The notes under the pieces were generated by a model, which saw only the letters and a program-made list of their open reading frames with translations, was not told the DNA's origin and did not search any database. A stretch of DNA of 64,000 nucleotides from Minisyncoccota bacterium. Its GTDB lineage: Bacteria; Patescibacteriota; Minisyncoccia; Phycocordibacterales; SBAW01. Every line of letters begins with the position of its first letter. The first letter of the stretch is position 1. The position numbers and the translations under genes are program-made. The stretch spans positions 182,177 to 246,176 of the forward strand of contig DASZSF010000005.1 of assembly GCA_035548815.1 (NCBI GenBank), given 5' to 3'. Below, piece by piece: positions 45,084 to 53,978 of the stretch.

Positions 45084-45169
45084 GCGTCGGTGGTAGAGTG
45101 GTCAATTACACTTGGCTGTAAACCAAGCGCCTCACGGCTACGTAGGTTCGAATCCTACCCGGCGCACCA
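45084..45169 (+). tRNA. tRNA-Tyr (anticodon GTA), CCA encoded
   Basis: GCGTCGGTGGTAGAGTGGTCAATTACACTTGGCTGTAAACCAAG + long variable arm + GTAGG-TTCGAAT-CCTAC CCGGCGC A CCA. Confidence 0.8.
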
Positions 45170-45195
45170 AACAACAGTGCTACAATTATTGTGTA

Positions 45196-46137
45196 ATGAA
45201 AGTGTTTAAGAGCCCGCTCTTTTGGTTTGGCGTATTTTTTCTGACACCTGCGGCAGTTGTGTTCGGGGCTGATGCGCTGACGCCCTGCGGTACGCTCGCG
45301 TTTACGGGGTCGTATGGCCCTGGGTACTTTCTCTCGGCGACCAGCTGTAACTTTTGCTATTTAGCCAAGCTCATCCAAAATATCGTGAATTTTTTGCTGA
45401 TGGTCGCCATCCCGATTTCCGTGGCGATGTTTGCTTGGGCAGGCGTTATGTACTTTACGGCAGGGGGGAATCCGGCGCGGGCTGAACGTGGGCGCAAGAT
45501 TTTTGCTGCAGTATTGTTGGGCTTCTGCATCGCGCTTGGTGCCTGGCTGTTCGTGCAGGTGTTTCTCCAAACGGTAACGAATCCTAATTTCTTCAGCGCA
45601 AACAACTGGATAAATCTTGATTGCAGTACCTTCAATGATCAGCGTTCCCGCAATGTGTCCATCAGCACGGTGCTTTCTGGAAACGGACTTGCGCCTTCGA
45701 CTGTGACAAGCGACCCAACGAGTCCGACTCTAGCGCCACCGCCTGACAGTGGTGAAATTCAGGCAGCTATTTCACAAGCAACAAGTCGTTATATTGGCAC
45801 AGTAACCACTGCCGGTCCAGGTGGGGGAAATTTAGCATGCGCATGGGCGGTAAATAATATTCTCGGCAGCGCAGGCATTTCATCAATTGATGGCGATAGT
45901 GTGCCGGACATGGAGACAGTGCTCAAATCTGGAAGAGGGCAGCCCGTTGACCAGTCGCAAGGCCAGCCGGGTGATATCGTTATACAGGGGAACCAATGGC
46001 ATGTCGGAATTTGCCAAGATGTTGGGTGCACCCGAGTTATATCAAACTCCTCTGGCGCGCGCAGTTTTACGAACGACCAAACGATGTCTGCGTTTTCAAG
46101 AGGTGCGCAAAGCCGTGTATACCGTGTAGTAAATTAA
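45196..46137 (+). CDS. Pilin-like (TrbC/VirB2-type) N-terminal module fused to CHAP/NlpC-P60-like putative cell-wall hydrolase domain
   Basis: The N-terminus has a signal peptide, four Cys and two TM helices (IQNIVNFLLMVAIPISVAMFAWAG...GAWLFVQVF), homologous to the 31.4-kb paralogs. A Ser/Thr/Pro linker follows. The C-terminus has the Cys...His pair GNLACAWAVNNIL...PGDIVIQGNQWHVGI typical of CHAP. Confidence 0.45.
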   Translation: MKVFKSPLFWFGVFFLTPAAVVFGADALTPCGTLAFTGSYGPGYFLSATSCNFCYLAKLIQNIVNFLLMVAIPISVAMFAWAGVMYFTAGGNPARAERGRKIFAAVLLGFCIALGAWLFVQVFLQTVTNPNFFSANNWINLDCSTFNDQRSRNVSISTVLSGNGLAPSTVTSDPTSPTLAPPPDSGEIQAAISQATSRYIGTVTTAGPGGGNLACAWAVNNILGSAGISSIDGDSVPDMETVLKSGRGQPVDQSQGQPGDIVIQGNQWHVGICQDVGCTRVISNSSGARSFTNDQTMSAFSRGAQSRVYRVVN

Positions 46138-46138
46138 T

Positions 46139-46552
46139 ATGAAACGCTCTACAGCAACCCTCATAGTTATAGCAGTCCTCGGCGGTCTGCTTGCGTGCGT
46201 TATATATTCTGGGAAAGTCACTCACCTTCTTCGACAGAATACTTTTTTTGCTGCAGTTGGGACGGCGCAATCAGTAAAAACAGTCGCAGGTGTTAAGGCT
46301 GCTGTGCAGGCTCATGTACCGGCAGGTATTTCAATGATATTTGGAGCAACCAGCATGGAAGATATATATGCGCTTCAAGTGTGGGGCGCTGACGACATGG
46401 GGGGAGAAGCGCTTTTGATGTACGACAGCACAAACAATGAGTGGAATTTCGTGTCGTGGGGCGGCGGAGCCTGGAGCGCAGAAGGCCTCACGCGGTCAGA
46501 AGGAGTGCCACAAGACACAGCAGAGGCGCTGCTCGGCGGGCTGCCCAACTAA
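46139..46552 (+). CDS. Hypothetical small membrane protein between the two pilin-fusion genes
   Basis: 137 aa with an N-terminal TM and a Trp/Gly-rich soluble part. ATG lies 1 nt after the upstream stop. Confidence 0.4.
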   Translation: MKRSTATLIVIAVLGGLLACVIYSGKVTHLLRQNTFFAAVGTAQSVKTVAGVKAAVQAHVPAGISMIFGATSMEDIYALQVWGADDMGGEALLMYDSTNNEWNFVSWGGGAWSAEGLTRSEGVPQDTAEALLGGLPN

Positions 46553-46555
46553 TGT

Positions 46556-47632
46556 ATGAAGCGACTCATTCCATCGCGCACAACGCTCATCTCCGCCGGA
46601 GTATTCTTCTTTGGCGTGCCGCTCTATGTGTGGGCGGCGCAAACTGGGCTGGTTCCATGCGGCACTGCCAGCTTTACCGGTTTGTATGATTCTAATTACT
46701 ATTTGCAGGCAACCAATTGCAATCTGTGCTACTTTGCACAGCTGATTCAAAATATCGTCAACTTTTTGCTCATGGTCACCATTCCGATTTCGGTGGCGAT
46801 GTTTGCTTGGGCAGGCTTCAAATATCTTACAGCGGGCGGGGATGTAAAGAGAATAAGCCGCGCACATAATATTTTTTCTTCCGTATTTATCGGTTTTTGC
46901 ATCGCGCTCGGTGCATGGCTGTTTGTGCAGGTTGTTTTGCAAGCAGTCACAAGCAGCAACTATTTGCCCAGCAGCTTTTTTAACTTGAGCTCCTGCAGCC
47001 AGCAAAATGACATACGCCGGCGTGATGAAGCGCTAAGTACTGTATTGAGCGGGAATGGCCTTGCACCAACTGTTACAGGAGCGCCCTCAAGTGGTGGCGG
47101 AGTATTCTGTCCGAGCGGGTATGAGCTTTACCTTGGTTCTTGTTACAACCCTACGACGAACGATATTGTTAGCGCAACGATCGGTTCTTCTGCTGCGAGC
47201 ACAAGAGGTCGTGTCGTAATTACTAACCCGGATGGCACGCAGACCGAGATGATCGACGGCTCACCTTCGTGGCGAAGAAACAATCCGGGAAATATGATAG
47301 CAGGGGCTGGCCAGTACCAGCCGATAGGAATGGATGGAGGATTCGCAGTCTTTGCGAGCTACGAGGACGGGTTCAACGCAATGCTCGCAAACCTTAAAAG
47401 CCCTCTATACCAAAATGGCAACATGACGATAGCAGCTGCTCTCTATAGATGGGCGCCACCCATTCCAGGGTCAGGAAATGACCCTGTTAAATATGCAGCG
47501 TTCGTACAAAGCACAACAGGAATCCCTTCAAGCACAGTAATAAATAACCTCACCCAGGAACAGCTTGTTGCAGTGGCAACAGCGATGCGCACACAAGAAG
47601 GTTGGAGTGTTGGGAGGACAATTTCCCGCTAA
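46556..47632 (+). CDS. Pilin-like N-terminal module fused to a different, unassigned C-terminal domain
   Basis: The N-terminal ~150 aa are paralogous to 45196..46137, with ~88% DNA identity over 46748-46817 vs 45376-45445 and a shared STVLSGNGLAP junction. The C-terminus is unrelated (WRRNNPGNMIAG...GFAVFASYEDGFNAML...YRWAPP). Confidence 0.45.
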   Translation: MKRLIPSRTTLISAGVFFFGVPLYVWAAQTGLVPCGTASFTGLYDSNYYLQATNCNLCYFAQLIQNIVNFLLMVTIPISVAMFAWAGFKYLTAGGDVKRISRAHNIFSSVFIGFCIALGAWLFVQVVLQAVTSSNYLPSSFFNLSSCSQQNDIRRRDEALSTVLSGNGLAPTVTGAPSSGGGVFCPSGYELYLGSCYNPTTNDIVSATIGSSAASTRGRVVITNPDGTQTEMIDGSPSWRRNNPGNMIAGAGQYQPIGMDGGFAVFASYEDGFNAMLANLKSPLYQNGNMTIAAALYRWAPPIPGSGNDPVKYAAFVQSTTGIPSSTVINNLTQEQLVAVATAMRTQEGWSVGRTISR

Positions 47633-47642
47633 TTCGTTACGT

Positions 47643-48236
47643 TTATTTCTTGGTCTTTACGGTCAGCGTGCCCTGCGTAAGAAGTGTTCGCACATCGCGA
47701 GCAATGTTTTCATCCGTCTGTGGATAGTAGATTGTGTCGAAATATATGCCGACGGTGTAGGTGCCGTCTGGCAATGAGTTTGCGACTTTACTAGAGAATG
47801 TGCCGTAGCTTAATTGGCCTTGAGACAATCCAGACAACATGACACTGCCGCCGTGGTCGCTGCGGTCGCTCCACACCACGTTAGGTATAGAAGCACTAAG
47901 CGCTGTGGTTAGCGGAAGGTCGCCTGTTGCGACGACCACTTCAAGGCCGTATGCATTTGTATATGTGCCGGTTATTGTTGGTTTGGACGACGTAGCATTA
48001 AGTGAGTTCTGATCTATGTTTGCAGTGGCTGTGATTTGAACATCAGTGTTTGTTTGCGTCCCTGAGGGTACTGACGAAGTAACATTATTGGGCTCGTTTT
48101 GAGAGGTCGGTGGGGTATTTGAAGGAGTGTTTGACCCCTGTGTTTTTTGCCAAAAATAGTAGGCCAGCCCGGCAATAACCACTACGCCAACTGCCCCAAA
48201 AATGATGAAAGGCCATGGTGACTTTTGTTCCGGCAT
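47643..48236 (-). CDS. Hypothetical membrane-anchored Ser/Thr-rich surface protein
   Basis: TM anchor, an S/T/N/P-rich low-complexity linker and a C-terminal beta-rich domain. ATG at 48236 preferred over the upstream TTG. Confidence 0.45.
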   Translation of the reverse strand: MPEQKSPWPFIIFGAVGVVVIAGLAYYFWQKTQGSNTPSNTPPTSQNEPNNVTSSVPSGTQTNTDVQITATANIDQNSLNATSSKPTITGTYTNAYGLEVVVATGDLPLTTALSASIPNVVWSDRSDHGGSVMLSGLSQGQLSYGTFSSKVANSLPDGTYTVGIYFDTIYYPQTDENIARDVRTLLTQGTLTVKTKK

Positions 48237-48310
48237 CTTGGTTTGTATGTTACCATGCCTTTTAATCGGGCCTTTTGACGGGCTCCACAAGCTCTGCTAT
48301 AGTGCTCTGC

Positions 48311-48469
48311 ATGTCACAGGACAGACTCATAAAGCTCGCCTGCAGCAAGTGCAAGCGTATAAACTACTGGTCCTCCAAGAATAAGAAGCTGGTGGAGCGC
48401 AAGATCGAACTCAAAAAGTATTGCAAATGGTGCAAAGCTTCTACGGTTCACAAGGAAGCAAAGAAGTAA
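48311..48469 (+). CDS. rpmG: 50S ribosomal protein L33
   Basis: 52 aa zinc-ribbon protein (CSKCKRINYW...CKWCKASTVHKEAKK). Immediately precedes tRNA-Trp, as in the conserved rpmG-tRNA-Trp-secE locus. Confidence 0.75.
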   Translation: MSQDRLIKLACSKCKRINYWSSKNKKLVERKIELKKYCKWCKASTVHKEAKK

Positions 48470-48546
48470 TAGAGCGCTCCCGTCTGGGGGCGTTTTATTG
48501 TAGACTGGTCGATGTGGGCTTGCGTGAGCTAAGTTCACGAGTCGAA

Positions 48547-48617
48547 GGGCGCTTAGTTTAGTGGTAGAACAACGGTCTCCAAAACCGTTAGTGGGGGTTC
48601 GATTCCCTCAGCGCCCG
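48547..48617 (+). tRNA. tRNA-Trp (anticodon CCA)
   Basis: GGGCGCTTAGTTTAGTGGTAGAACAACGGTCTCCAAAACCGTTAGTGGGGGTTCGATTCCCTCAGCGCCCG. Confidence 0.85.
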
Positions 48618-48729
48618 CCTAAAGCAAAAAGTATCGGAGGTATGCTGACGCATCTCTTGGGTATTTGACAGTATATAGAGAATATGTCACTGTTAAGTTC
48701 GAACTTAGCACACAGACAGGGAGAGTAAG

Positions 48730-49176
48730 ATGCATTTTGCAGGTGTGGCGTTTCTCAACTTTGGGCCGGATCTCGAGGGCTGCATCATGAAAGCGGCGAC
48801 CGAGACCCTGATCCCGGTCCTCGAGCGTTTTCGTCAGCACTACGGGGCCAGCCCGAGGGAGCTCATCCTCCTGGAAGGCATGATCAAGATCGGCCTCGGC
48901 AAGTCACCCGAGACCCAGAAGTGGATTTCGGAAGACTGCACGGTCATCCACCTTCGGCTCTTCGCGGAGCTTGGTGGCACCGGCCGCGACAGACCAGAGC
49001 TTCAGAGTGGGATCAATCGCCTGATCGCCGAAGTCCTCGGCGCCGACCAGTCCTTCAGCGTCCAGCTCGGAGAGCCGACAGTGAAGTGGCAGATACCGGA
49101 TCCGGAAGGATTCTTCCCTGACAACTGGATTGGTCTCTCCAACGACCATGTCCGCGCACAATCGACGATTGCCTAA
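48730..49176 (+). CDS. Hypothetical protein (GC3-rich island gene)
   Basis: 148 aa with an AGGGAGAG RBS, a TTGACA hexamer 60 nt upstream and strong GC3 bias. Confidence 0.45.
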   Translation: MHFAGVAFLNFGPDLEGCIMKAATETLIPVLERFRQHYGASPRELILLEGMIKIGLGKSPETQKWISEDCTVIHLRLFAELGGTGRDRPELQSGINRLIAEVLGADQSFSVQLGEPTVKWQIPDPEGFFPDNWIGLSNDHVRAQSTIA

Positions 49177-49419
49177 TACCGGAAGTAAGTATTTGGCATC
49201 GTCGGAAATCAAAGGGTCATCCGCAAGGATGGCTCTTTTTTATTCCAAATCGGGAAAAACATCTCTGCTGCTGAGGCCTCATAGTCTCTAATGAAAGTTC
49301 GTTAAAATGAGCTTGTGGGGCAATGACCTGCGGGTACTAACTGCGGACGGCCCGCCACGAGCGAAAAATTAAAAAAGAAAACGCGATGCGGACCCGGGAG
49401 GGTGCACATCGCGCTTGTT

Positions 49420-50538
49420 TCAAAGTCGGATTCTCTCGTAGTTTGGCCGAGGATTCGGCGAGAACACGAACTGGCCCACGTCGACCTTGCCCGACATGAA
49501 GCCGGCCATGCATGTTGAGAGATAGTACACGAACATGCGGTAGAACCGCTCGCCATATTTCCTCATGATCTCCAGCCGGTTGTCCATGAGATTCTGCCGC
49601 CAGGCGGCAAGCGTTCTCACGTAGTCGGCGCCGAAGAATTCCTTGTCCAAGATGTAGAACAGCCCGTCGACGGCCTCTTCAAGCTGCTCGACGAGCGGAA
49701 GCTGGCTGTTGGGGAAGATGTGCTTCTCGAGCCAGGTGTTCATAGCCCACCCTGGATCGCGAGCGACGATACATTGCAGCGCAAAGATGCCGCTGCTTTC
49801 CTTGAGCCACTCCGCCGCCTTCCTAAAGTACTCGCGATAGTGCTTGGGGCCGACATGCTCGATCATGCAGATCGACACGACGGCATCAGCCTTGCCCGAG
49901 TACTGGCGGTAGTCCTGGAGCCGGAACTCCACGTGCGGGCTGTGCACATGGCCGTAGTGTTCGTTGGCGTACGCGCACTGCTCGGGCGAGATTGTCAGTC
50001 CAACGCCGTTGGCATGATATTTCTCGCTAGCCTGGCCCAGGAACGGTCCCCAGCCAGAACCGATGTCGACGACAGTCCAGCCGGGTTTGAGTTCGGCCTT
50101 GCGGCAGAGAAGGTCGGCCTTCTGCCGCTGTGCCTCCTCGAGGGTCGAAACGCCGTCGAAGCGCGCACACGTGTAGAAGAAGCTCGGCCCGAGCATCATC
50201 CGGTAGAATTCAGGGCTTTCGTCGTAGTGGACGCGAGCGACCTTCTTGGAACGCTCGAGGGTCTGGACGTCGAGCACGCCGAAACGCAGCTTCCTCCAAA
50301 GGCGGTCAAACCTCGGGAAGTGCCGGTAGGCTCGGGACTGGACGATGCGAAGGAGAAACCCTTCGATATCCGTGCAGCCCCACCAACCCTCGATGAACGC
50401 ATCGCCTAGGCCAACGGCGCCTCGGAGCGCCACTCCCCGATAGAATCGATCATCGTAGATTTGGGGGTCCCACGGACGTCCACCGTCCGGGATGATGTCA
50501 GCCCTGCGGAACAGGGCGGTCAAGATGGACTTAAACAT
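49420..50538 (-). CDS. cfa: Cyclopropane-fatty-acyl-phospholipid synthase family SAM-dependent methyltransferase
   Basis: VVDIGSGWGPF (SAM motif I), VVSICMIEHVGPKHYREYF and overall CMAS-family layout. GC3-rich. Confidence 0.75.
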   Translation of the reverse strand: MFKSILTALFRRADIIPDGGRPWDPQIYDDRFYRGVALRGAVGLGDAFIEGWWGCTDIEGFLLRIVQSRAYRHFPRFDRLWRKLRFGVLDVQTLERSKKVARVHYDESPEFYRMMLGPSFFYTCARFDGVSTLEEAQRQKADLLCRKAELKPGWTVVDIGSGWGPFLGQASEKYHANGVGLTISPEQCAYANEHYGHVHSPHVEFRLQDYRQYSGKADAVVSICMIEHVGPKHYREYFRKAAEWLKESSGIFALQCIVARDPGWAMNTWLEKHIFPNSQLPLVEQLEEAVDGLFYILDKEFFGADYVRTLAAWRQNLMDNRLEIMRKYGERFYRMFVYYLSTCMAGFMSGKVDVGQFVFSPNPRPNYERIRL

Positions 50539-50652
50539 GGTGTAAAGGTCCTTTCAGTACCTGTGTGGATCTACCCAAGAAACTATCATAGACAAGATGT
50601 TTTTTCTACTGTCCGATATTATCTTTTCATCATCTGTTTGAGGTACACTAGT

Positions 50653-52005
50653 TTGGTGACTCAAGACCTGGCATTCGAAATATTGAAGACAGGTGCGAAT
50701 GTTTTCCTAACGGGAGAACCGGGAGCGGGCAAAACGCATACCATAAACCGCTACATTGCGTACTTGCGCGAGCAGGGCATTGAACCTGCGGTGTGTGCAT
50801 CGACCGGGATTGCCGCAACGCACATCGGCGGGTACACCATCCACTCGTGGAGCGGCATTGGCGTAAAACCGCACCTGACTGAATATGACTTGGACCAAAT
50901 TGCACAGAAAGAAAAGGTCGTAAAACGTGTGCGACTGGCAAAAGTTTTAATCATCGATGAAATTTCGATGCTCTCTGCCGACACGCTCGACATGGTCGAC
51001 CTGGTGATGAGGACACTCCGCGGACGGGAAGAAGCCTTTGGCGGCGTGCAAGTGATTTTTGTCGGCGACTTCTTCCAGCTTCCACCTGTCGTTAAAGCTG
51101 TGCAAAGCGACACACTTGAAATTTCCTATGACGAGCCGCGTTCACCATTCGCATTCCACGCAAAGAGCTGGAAGGATGCAAACCTTCTCCCGTGCTATTT
51201 AGAAGAACAGCACCGTCAGGAAGACGATGAGTTTTTGCTCATACTTTCTGCGATGCGCCGCGGCGATGTGCCAACCGCATTGCGCAAAAAGTTGGAAAGC
51301 CGCGTAGGCGAGCCGCCGGCAAAAAATATCCATACAAAGTTATTCCCGCACAATGCCAATGTCGACCGTCTGAACGATGCTGAATTGCAAAAAATTCCTG
51401 GCCTCCCGCGCCGCTACGACATGCGCTCAAAAGGCGCTCCCCCACTTGTGGAAGCACTCAAACGCAACTGCCTTTCGCCTGAAACACTGTTGCTCAAAGT
51501 TGGCGCGAAGATAATGTTCACTAAAAATGACCCTGAGGGCGAATACTACAATGGCACGCTCGGCGAAGTGCGCGAGTTTTCCAAACTAAGCGGCAACCCG
51601 ATAGTAAAGCTCAAGGCAGGCGGGATTATAGAAGTTGAAAGCGTTGAATGGGCCGTGCAGGACGGCCACAAAAAGCTGGCTACGATAGAACAGCTGCCGC
51701 TGCGACTCGCGTGGGCTATTACCGTGCATAAAAGCCAGGGCATGTCGCTCGACTCAGCTGTCATCGATTTAAGCCAAGCCTTTGAATATGGGCAGGGATA
51801 TGTGGCGCTTTCGCGTGTTCGCACGCTTGATGGATTACATTTGCTCGGGTTCAACGAACGGGCGCTCGAAGTGCATCCAGAAGTCTTGGAACGGGACATG
51901 GCCTTTCGCGAACAGTCAGAGGCTGCCGCAGATGCGTTTACTGCAATGGACCAGAAAGAATTGGATGAGATGCACGAGCGATTTATCCGCGCGGCGCTCG
52001 TATAA
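50653..52005 (+). CDS. Pif1-family 5'-3' DNA helicase (RecD-like)
   Basis: LTGEPGAGKTH (Walker A), CASTGIAATHIGGYTIHSWSGIG (Pif1 signature region), VLIIDEISM, and C-terminal AITVHKSQGMSLD...GYVALSRVR. TTG/GTG start with a GAGG RBS; the upstream ORF-track extension overlaps cfa. Confidence 0.7.
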   Translation: MVTQDLAFEILKTGANVFLTGEPGAGKTHTINRYIAYLREQGIEPAVCASTGIAATHIGGYTIHSWSGIGVKPHLTEYDLDQIAQKEKVVKRVRLAKVLIIDEISMLSADTLDMVDLVMRTLRGREEAFGGVQVIFVGDFFQLPPVVKAVQSDTLEISYDEPRSPFAFHAKSWKDANLLPCYLEEQHRQEDDEFLLILSAMRRGDVPTALRKKLESRVGEPPAKNIHTKLFPHNANVDRLNDAELQKIPGLPRRYDMRSKGAPPLVEALKRNCLSPETLLLKVGAKIMFTKNDPEGEYYNGTLGEVREFSKLSGNPIVKLKAGGIIEVESVEWAVQDGHKKLATIEQLPLRLAWAITVHKSQGMSLDSAVIDLSQAFEYGQGYVALSRVRTLDGLHLLGFNERALEVHPEVLERDMAFREQSEAAADAFTAMDQKELDEMHERFIRAALV

Positions 52006-52872
52006 ATTCTCTCGCTAATGCAAGTGCCACCGATTTATTTTTGACCCAGTGAATGTCTCTGCGGCGCTTAAACCAGCGCATCTGACGTTTAACGTAGCCA
52101 AGTTCTGACCGGATAAGTTGCTCGGTAAGTTCTGTTTTAGAAATTTTGTTATCCAAATACGCGAGCAGGGGAATAAGTTCAAACCCAAGTGCCGCAATAT
52201 GTTTTTTTGAAAGAATAGATTTGAGCTTTTTCGCTTCGGCAATCATTTTGTTCAAACGAGTGACGACGCCCGTGCGAATTGCACGTTCGTGGATTTTTTG
52301 GCTTGGTTTGAGTCCGAGCCACAAAACATCGTATGCAGGATTGTAGGTACGTTCGGGCACTCTGCCGAGCGCTTTCGCTATTTCAATAGCACGAACCAAT
52401 CGAGCCGGATTATGTTTATCAATGCGCTCTGCTGTTTTTGGATCAAGTTTTGTAAGTTGTGCAAAAAGCTGTGCAGGAGTCTTTTTCGCAAGTTGGGCGC
52501 GCAGAGTTTTGTTGGGCGGGACTTCGGGGAGTTCCAAACCTCGAAGCAGTGAATCTGCATAAAAACCCGTGCCGCCAACGACTATAGGAATGATAAAATC
52601 TTTCTCAAGTTTCGATATAATTTTGTCTGCAGCTTTTTTAAACTCGCCGGCGCTATAGAGGCGCTTGGGCGAGGCAAATTGGAGCAGGTGATGGGGGATG
52701 CCAGCACGCTCCTTCTTACTCGGGACGCGCGCAATAGCATCCAAGCCTTTATATATTTGCCGCGAGTCTGCTGAAATAACTTCGCCGTTTAATTTGTGCG
52801 CCAAAAAAATCCCCAACGCAGTCTTGCCCGACGCTGTCGGCCCCACAACTGCTATGACTTTTGGCTTTGCCA
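51983..52872 (-). CDS. miaA: tRNA dimethylallyltransferase
   Basis: VIAVVGPTASGKT P-loop and ISADSRQIYKGLDAIARVP. Confidence 0.9.
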
Positions 52873-52937
52873 TATCAAACTTGTACACCCCATTAATAAA
52901 AAAGAAAAGCGGCCGTGTGGGACGGCCGCCATGGCAA

Positions 52938-53774
52938 TTAGAGCGTTGCAAGGACGCGGTTGATATCGGTGTGAATTTTCTTCGCCTCGGATTTGGGGTC
53001 AGAAGCGAAGATGATGCTGCTGCCGACGTTGATGACCAATCCGCGCCGGCTGCTATTCATGCCGTTCTTCACGGCTTGGTCGAGATCACCGCCCTGCGTA
53101 CCGATGCCCGGCAGCAAGATCTGCATGGCGCCCACGATGCTGCGTACGAACGAGAGTTCTTCGGGAGCGGTCGCTCCGACGACCACACCGCAGTTGCTGT
53201 ATTTGGCATTCCATTCCTGCGCGTCCCACGCCACCTGCTGGTAGAGCGGACGCGCGTTGCTCCACGGTTCACCCGCTTTGAAGGTCAGCAGATCCTGATA
53301 CTTGCCGGCGCCTGGGTTGCTCGTCCGACACAGGACGAAGATGGTCCGGTCCGGATATTTCTTGAAGAGCGGCTCGAGCGAGTCGTCGCCCAAGTAAGCG
53401 TTGGCGGTCATGGCGTCCGCCCCGAGCATGTCGAAGGCGAACTCCGCGTACTGCTCGGCGCTTATGGCGATATCGCCCGACTTGCAGTCGAGGATGATCG
53501 GCATGTCGGGGTAGGTGTGCTTGAAATGCTTGCACAGCATCTCGAGTTGATTAATCCCGTAGCTCCCTTGTGACAGGAAGTAACCCAGGTTGGACTTAAA
53601 TGCGGCGATATATTCGGCAGCACTGGACGCGCGTGCACGGCAGAACTTCAGAAGACCGTACGGACGGTCGTTCCTATATTGGTCAGGCATTCGATCTTGT
53701 TTCGGATCCAGCCCGAGGCAGAAGCGCCCACCAGCGTCCCAGCGGTGATTCCATTTGGCGTCGAACAACGTCAT
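52938..53774 (-). CDS. pyrF: Orotidine-5'-phosphate decarboxylase (type 2-like), GC3-rich
   Basis: ILDCKSGDIA (active-site Lys region) and LLPGIGTQGGD phosphate-binding loop. AAGGGGGAG RBS. Start placed after the adjacent tRNA. Confidence 0.6.
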   Translation of the reverse strand: MTLFDAKWNHRWDAGGRFCLGLDPKQDRMPDQYRNDRPYGLLKFCRARASSAAEYIAAFKSNLGYFLSQGSYGINQLEMLCKHFKHTYPDMPIILDCKSGDIAISAEQYAEFAFDMLGADAMTANAYLGDDSLEPLFKKYPDRTIFVLCRTSNPGAGKYQDLLTFKAGEPWSNARPLYQQVAWDAQEWNAKYSNCGVVVGATAPEELSFVRSIVGAMQILLPGIGTQGGDLDQAVKNGMNSSRRGLVINVGSSIIFASDPKSEAKKIHTDINRVLATL

Positions 53775-53847
53775 GGGTTTTGCTCCCCCTTGAGTCGGAC
53801 AAGAGCGTCCGAGGCCACTATACCGACCTTTTAAAAAGCGAACAATG

Positions 53848-53934
53848 TGGTGCCGGGAGGGAGAATCGAACTCCCATGATGTTGCCATCGCGGGATTTTG
53901 AGTCCCGTGCGTCTACCAATTCCGCCATCCCGGC
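53848..53934 (-). tRNA. tRNA-Leu (anticodon CAA), CCA encoded
   Basis: Reverse complement reads GCCGGGATGGCGGAATTGGTAGACGCACGGGACTCAAAATCCCG + long variable arm + GGGAG-TTCGATT-CTCCC TCCCGGC A CCA. Confidence 0.85.
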
Positions 53935-53978
53935 TTATGCACCTCAAATACGAGGCTAGCTATGCTAGAATATCGCTA

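Noticed and set aside
46556-47632. Assigning the second pilin-fusion C-terminal domain to a named family (lysozyme, GH108 or transglycosylase)
   Set aside because: The WRRNNPGN / FAVF / WAPP pattern feels cell-wall-enzyme-like, but I cannot match it confidently to any family from memory. It is left unassigned.
53600-53959. 119-aa plus-strand ORF
   Set aside because: It overlaps the pyrF 5' region and tRNA-Leu(CAA), and has no support.
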